20,000 nucleotides of DNA from an uncultured virus (IMG/VR IMGVR_UViG_3300027782_006468) (Duplodnaviria; Heunggongvirae; Uroviricota; Caudoviricetes), in IMG/VR virus record IMGVR_UViG_3300027782_006468, positions 56,940-76,939 of that record. The stretch is one strand, 5' to 3'. Both the position numbers and the translations under genes were made by a program. The first letter of the stretch is position 1. The number at the start of each line of letters is the position of its first letter. Positions 15,499 to 20,000 of this stretch are shown here, in pieces. The notes beneath the pieces are model-generated. The model did no database searches. It saw nothing but the letters and a program-made list of their open reading frames with translations, and was not told where the DNA came from.

Positions 15499-15771
15499 AT
15501 GAAACGATTTAAAGTTTGGATTGAAGCAAAACAAGAAAAATTAAAAGATTATTTAGATGTTGTTTTAAATTCTCTTAATTTAGACACAAAAAAAGGAGCA
15601 TCTACGCCAATAGACTCTTTAAATCAACAAAATTTACTGGCTAAATTAGAAAATTTGGAAGTTTATAAATTGTTGCCTACAAAAACAAAAGATTTAATTC
15701 GTAAAAAAATTGAAAGCGATAATAAAGGCACAGTTCTGGATATTATAAAAACAATGGCTGGATATCAATAA
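15499..15771 (+). CDS. Small hypothetical protein
   Basis: 90-aa ORF with an AAGGA SD that fills the gap between two minus-strand genes; begins MKRFKVWIEAKQE. Confidence 0.7.
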   Translation: MKRFKVWIEAKQEKLKDYLDVVLNSLNLDTKKGASTPIDSLNQQNLLAKLENLEVYKLLPTKTKDLIRKKIESDNKGTVLDIIKTMAGYQ

Positions 15772-16511
15772 GATTGTGCAATAATATCAATTAACTTTCT
15801 ATTAAATAATGTTCTTTTAGCTAAATCATTTTTCATAGGTGTTTCAGTTGTCAAATATGGAAAACCCATGTCGTGAATTCCATTTTCAATAGAACATTTG
15901 TGTTTAGGCTCTGATTCTATTCTTTGTTTTTTTGGATGAGATATCAAACCATTAATGCATTTATCGCCATGTATTTTCCCATCAAGTATGGGAAAATAAG
16001 ACGATGCTTCTCTTACGCATTTATCCCAAAGAGGTTTTTTATCTTCGTCTGAATAGTAAGAATAAAAACTATCTGTAGATTCATCTTCATGTAGTGTCCA
16101 GAATAAAGATGGCTTAATTTTCTTCGCCAATTCTAGAATACTTTTAACTTCTGGTTGTTTTATACGATGACACATATCTCGATTTAAATCGTTTCCTTCA
16201 TCGGTAAATCTGTTATTGGATATAAATCCAGTTGGATTTAGAATAGGAAAAAACTCAAGTGTTATATCTTTGGGAAATTTACCTCTTGATAAGTAATCGA
16301 TAATTCCAGTGATTCCACCTATTTCATTACCATGAATTCCACCGACTATAAAAATTGATTTTGATTTGTCGGGATTAATGGTGGCTCTGTATATTGGAAA
16401 ATTATTTTCACACAGCGTTACCAATTTAACTTTTGGAGTGCATCGAACAAGCCTAGAAACATAGGCATCATAACGATTCGAATCAGATTTAAAAAATTCT
16501 TTGAATTGCAT
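15765..16511 (-). CDS. M14-family zinc carboxypeptidase / succinylglutamate desuccinylase-like protein
   Basis: GGIHGNE (HxxE), PILNPTG, R...GNDLNR, TLHED (third Zn ligand), TTETP (catalytic Glu). Start likely ATG 16511 (MQFKEFF), 5 nt after CATAAATA. Confidence 0.85.
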   Translation of the reverse strand: MQFKEFFKSDSNRYDAYVSRLVRCTPKVKLVTLCENNFPIYRATINPDKSKSIFIVGGIHGNEIGGITGIIDYLSRGKFPKDITLEFFPILNPTGFISNNRFTDEGNDLNRDMCHRIKQPEVKSILELAKKIKPSLFWTLHEDESTDSFYSYYSDEDKKPLWDKCVREASSYFPILDGKIHGDKCINGLISHPKKQRIESEPKHKCSIENGIHDMGFPYLTTETPMKNDLAKRTLFNRKLIDIIAQSY

Positions 16512-16547
16512 ATTTTTATTTATGAACATTTACCTTTATAATTTAGC

Positions 16548-16823
16548 ATGCGAAGCAAAAAAAGCAAAAAACAGATAAAGAAACTTTCCGACAAGAGTTG
16601 TTATTTTTGTCGAGAAAGCGATTATGATCTTCTAGATGTGCATCGTATAATTGAAGGAAAAGATGGTGGAAAATACCATGAAATGAACACAATAACAGTT
16701 TGCTGTTTGTGTCACAGAAAAATCCACTCAGGTAAAATTAAAGTTTTTAGAAAGTATACAACAACCTTAGGAAGAATTGTTCTTCATTTTGAAGATGAAA
16801 ATGGCGAAGAAAAATTTGAATGA
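16548..16823 (+). CDS. Small HNH endonuclease
   Basis: CYFC...LDVHRI..GKDGGKY...NTITVCCLCHRKIH: Zn-binding CxxC pairs with HNH; TATAAT 5 nt before the ATG. Confidence 0.85.
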   Translation: MRSKKSKKQIKKLSDKSCYFCRESDYDLLDVHRIIEGKDGGKYHEMNTITVCCLCHRKIHSGKIKVFRKYTTTLGRIVLHFEDENGEEKFE

Positions 16824-17309
16824 TCATACTTCAAAAGGATTCAAATCTGAAATTTTCACATTATAACAGTCTGCTTTTACAGTGAAATTATTGTCTGGAT
16901 CAAAATCCCCTTTTTTAAGGAATTTTGCTTTTTTATAATATTCATCTTTATCAAGCCATCCTAAGATGTAAGCTTTATGCCATGTATCATTACTGAATTC
17001 CAATCTAACAAATGCATATTTTGTGCATATTTGATGTGTGTTTAAAGCTGCAATAGAACATTCATAATGTGGTCTTGGTCTAGATGTGCATCTTTTGGTT
17101 TTTACATCCCAAAGTATGTTGTCTTCAATAATGTCATAATCATAAGTGTTATTTATAATTCCTTTTATAACTTCATTTGCAACTTGCTCTCCAATAAAGC
17201 CAGCCATATTTCCCATCCCACTGGTAATCGAGTTTCTTATCTCTCCCATTTCCAATGATTTTTTTGTGGCACGAATGATCATTTCTTGAGTAATTTCTAT
17301 TTCAATCAT
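16824..17309 (-). CDS. Phage protein with a PD-(D/E)XK nuclease-like motif
   Basis: GFIGEQV...YDYDII...WDVKTK matches the E...D...DxK pattern; YILGW downstream. Confidence 0.6.
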   Translation of the reverse strand: MIEIEITQEMIIRATKKSLEMGEIRNSITSGMGNMAGFIGEQVANEVIKGIINNTYDYDIIEDNILWDVKTKRCTSRPRPHYECSIAALNTHQICTKYAFVRLEFSNDTWHKAYILGWLDKDEYYKKAKFLKKGDFDPDNNFTVKADCYNVKISDLNPFEV

Positions 17310-17621
17310 TCATAAGTTCCTTAAGAAAAATTTAATTTTATCATCATCTTTTGTTATTGTGTAGATTCTTTTCTTCGATGTTTCTGTCAAATACTGAAGC
17401 TTTTCTTTTTTAGAGCTTTTTGTTCTGCATTCTTTTAGTATTGGTTCCAATCCACATAAGAATATCCAAATTCTAAATGTACTTTCGTTCAATTTAGAAG
17501 AAATCAGTTTGTAAAATTTAGTCCAATTTATTTTCAACGAAGCAAATATTTTCTTGTATCTTTCAGACATACATTTTATTTGTTTTTCGTAATATTCTTT
17601 TTCAAATTCTGGAATTATCAT
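17310..17621 (-). CDS. Hypothetical basic protein
   Basis: 103-aa ORF with an ATGA overlap with the helicase stop, abutting the next start. Confidence 0.65.
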   Translation of the reverse strand: MIIPEFEKEYYEKQIKCMSERYKKIFASLKINWTKFYKLISSKLNESTFRIWIFLCGLEPILKECRTKSSKKEKLQYLTETSKKRIYTITKDDDKIKFFLRNL

Positions 17622-19048
17622 ATATCTGTCGTTTCGTTGACCACAACATTGTGTCCTTGTTCTCGTAGAATTTTGATTCGTTTCTTGCTATGTTCTAACA
17701 AATATGGATTGATATTAAAAACAAAATCATAATAATTTAGTTCTTCTTTATCTTTTGCAGTTCTCAACCCACGACCCATTCTTTGAATGATTTGATGATC
17801 TGCTTGACCACCTGCAGCATTTATAAGCGAATGAATAAAAACATTAATACCAGTATTGAATATTTGTTGTGTCGCAATTGCAATCAAAGATTTTTTTGAT
17901 TTTTGAAGCTGTTGAATTACTTCCTTCCTAGTGTCTGCATTATCTTTTCCTTGAACCCATAACGAATTTGGAATCATCTTGTTTAGAATGTCTCCATGTG
18001 CAATTCGATCAACAAGAATCAATGTCCTTCCTTTGCATTTTTTGGCAAGTCTGGTAACTATGTCATTGAAATAAAAATTTTCTGCAATGCCTCTTGTGAC
18101 CGCATCAAGATATATGTCGTAAGGAATACTTGGCTCATTGATAGGATAAAAATTGCAATTACTTGAAGATAAAATTCCTCTTTCTTGAAGTTGTGCCGTG
18201 GTAAGGACTCCATTGACCGATGATTTTATTTTCAATATAGGTCCAAAATATCCTTTTACTTGATGTTTTTGAACTTTATCTTTTTCTCCAAATTTGAAAG
18301 GCGTTGCAGATATTGCAATTCTAACGCTCGTACTTTTAAGTTTTTTGTATACATCTATTGGAGTTTTAGACATCATGTCATGTATTTCGTCAACAATAAG
18401 AACTTTAAATCTACTTAAAGCTTTATCTATTTTTTTTACAGACATTACGCTGGCGACAGTTACTATGTTTGGCTCAATTACACCGCCCCACAATCTTCCA
18501 AGATTGGGAACATCCCATTTTTTCAATTCAGCATAATTTTGTTCTGCAAGACCTACACGATTTTGAAGAATTAATGTTGGTGTTTTTGGAGGCAATGATT
18601 TTAATATACCCAAAAGAATCAAAGTCTTACCAGCTGAAGTGGGTGCGAATACAATTCCTCGTTTATGTTTTATGGCTTGGCTTATAAGTTCAACTTGATA
18701 ATCATGAAGTTTTATTGGTTCGAGTCCTTTTGGTAGCCACTGATTGAGAAAATTTTCTTCAATTAAATTTTCTGAAAATTTAAATTCTGATCTATTATCT
18801 TGAATTTCATATTCAATATCGAAATGCTTCAGTGCAGCAGAAACTTCTGGAATAAGACCAGTCAAAAATCTTCCTGTTTCTTTTTTGAAAAATTCTGTGT
18901 AACCATCCCAAAGTCGCTGTTTATACAGTCTGCTATGAAAGTAGTTCCGTTCACGAAAACGCAGACAATCCCACAAAGTTTGTTTGATTTTATGATTGGT
19001 TGTTAAAAGTTGACAATAATCGTTATCAATCACCAGCAAAGTGGTCAT
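17618..19048 (-). CDS. uvsW: UvsW-like superfamily 2 DNA helicase
   Basis: Y...LWDG N-domain, LHDYQ (Q motif), APTSAGKT, VDEIH, SATP, FNTGIN, QRMGRGLR. Start ATG 19048 with a GGAG SD. Confidence 0.88.
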   Translation of the reverse strand: MTTLLVIDNDYCQLLTTNHKIKQTLWDCLRFRERNYFHSRLYKQRLWDGYTEFFKKETGRFLTGLIPEVSAALKHFDIEYEIQDNRSEFKFSENLIEENFLNQWLPKGLEPIKLHDYQVELISQAIKHKRGIVFAPTSAGKTLILLGILKSLPPKTPTLILQNRVGLAEQNYAELKKWDVPNLGRLWGGVIEPNIVTVASVMSVKKIDKALSRFKVLIVDEIHDMMSKTPIDVYKKLKSTSVRIAISATPFKFGEKDKVQKHQVKGYFGPILKIKSSVNGVLTTAQLQERGILSSSNCNFYPINEPSIPYDIYLDAVTRGIAENFYFNDIVTRLAKKCKGRTLILVDRIAHGDILNKMIPNSLWVQGKDNADTRKEVIQQLQKSKKSLIAIATQQIFNTGINVFIHSLINAAGGQADHQIIQRMGRGLRTAKDKEELNYYDFVFNINPYLLEHSKKRIKILREQGHNVVVNETTDI

Positions 19049-19116
19049 ATTTGTCTCCAAAAAGATATTTTCTTATATTTAGTCAATTTATTCAATATCG
19101 TTTTTAAAAAAAGCTT

Positions 19117-19124
19117 CATAAATA
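19117..19124 (+). promoter_or_regulatory. T4-late-promoter-like element CATAAATA
   Basis: One mismatch from TATAAATA; upstream of the AAGGAGG SD of the putative structural operon. The same 8-mer is on the minus strand at 16517-16524. Confidence 0.5.
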
Positions 19125-19142
19125 TCCAAGGAGGAAGAAAAT

Positions 19143-19667
19143 ATGAGTGATGATTATACAATTTTAAATCCCGGCATAGGCGGGGATGTCATGGATGAAA
19201 CAGCAGTATCTTATGATGCTGCTCCGCTTGTTAGAAAAAGACCTCGTGTTGTTGTGACTGGAGAAGGTGCCGATGATGTTGTCACCACAACAGGAACTTT
19301 GCCAAATGATGGAGACATTGGTTTAGTTGTTAGAGAAGCTAGGAAAGGGCAATCGACAAGTGCAAACAGTATACCAGTTGTAGTCGCTTCAGATCAAACA
19401 GTTGGAAGAAGCAATGTAATTGTATTTCAAGAAATTATTGGAACATCGGAAACGCAACTTTCAGATAACGCAATATCATTATCAGTAACAATAAAATCTA
19501 TGGACTCTAATGATGGAGTTGTATATTTGGGAATTTTTGGTGTAACAAACTCTAATGGATTTGAATTAAGCGCTGGAGAAAGCATTTCGATTTCTATTGA
19601 TAATACTAATAGATTGTATGCAATAGCGAGTTCAATTAATCAAAAACTTTGTATTATAGGTATATAA
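19143..19667 (+). CDS. Hypothetical, probably virion structural/fibre-associated protein
   Basis: Strong AAGGAGG SD; GQSTSANSIPVVVASDQ linker and a beta-rich C-domain (NDGVVYLG...NGFELSAGESISISI); precedes the collagen-like gene. Confidence 0.65.
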   Translation: MSDDYTILNPGIGGDVMDETAVSYDAAPLVRKRPRVVVTGEGADDVVTTTGTLPNDGDIGLVVREARKGQSTSANSIPVVVASDQTVGRSNVIVFQEIIGTSETQLSDNAISLSVTIKSMDSNDGVVYLGIFGVTNSNGFELSAGESISISIDNTNRLYAIASSINQKLCIIGI

Positions 19668-19671
19668 ATTA

Positions 19672-20000
<329 letters not shown>

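Noticed and set aside
1005..19006. Numerous 60-100-aa ORFs antisense or out of frame within the called genes
   Set aside because: Fully nested in well-supported CDSs, with no motifs or RBS.

Overview
AT-rich, gene-dense segment of a large dsDNA phage with T4-like (myovirus/jumbo-phage style) replication and recombination genes; standard genetic code. It encodes a putative COOH-NH2 amidoligase (cut off by the left edge), RecA/UvsX, a gp32-like SSB, a DnaB/gp41-like helicase, a possible UvsY, a UvsW-like SF2 helicase, dCMP deaminase, a RimI-like GNAT, UDP-galactopyranose mutase, a glycosyltransferase, an exported thioredoxin, an M14 peptidase, HNH and PD-(D/E)XK nucleases, and the start of a G-X-T collagen-like fibre gene. 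The most unusual part is 10704-14217. A 464-aa family A DNA polymerase there keeps its palm/finger catalytic residues but lacks the whole thumb and has a degenerate proofreading domain. It overlaps a sigma-region-2-like gene carrying a large insertion. An ~820-bp non-coding stretch full of hairpins (with a possible pseudoknot) separates it from a divergent 229-aa unknown gene. All annotations come from by-eye motif recognition; no searches or folding programs were run.
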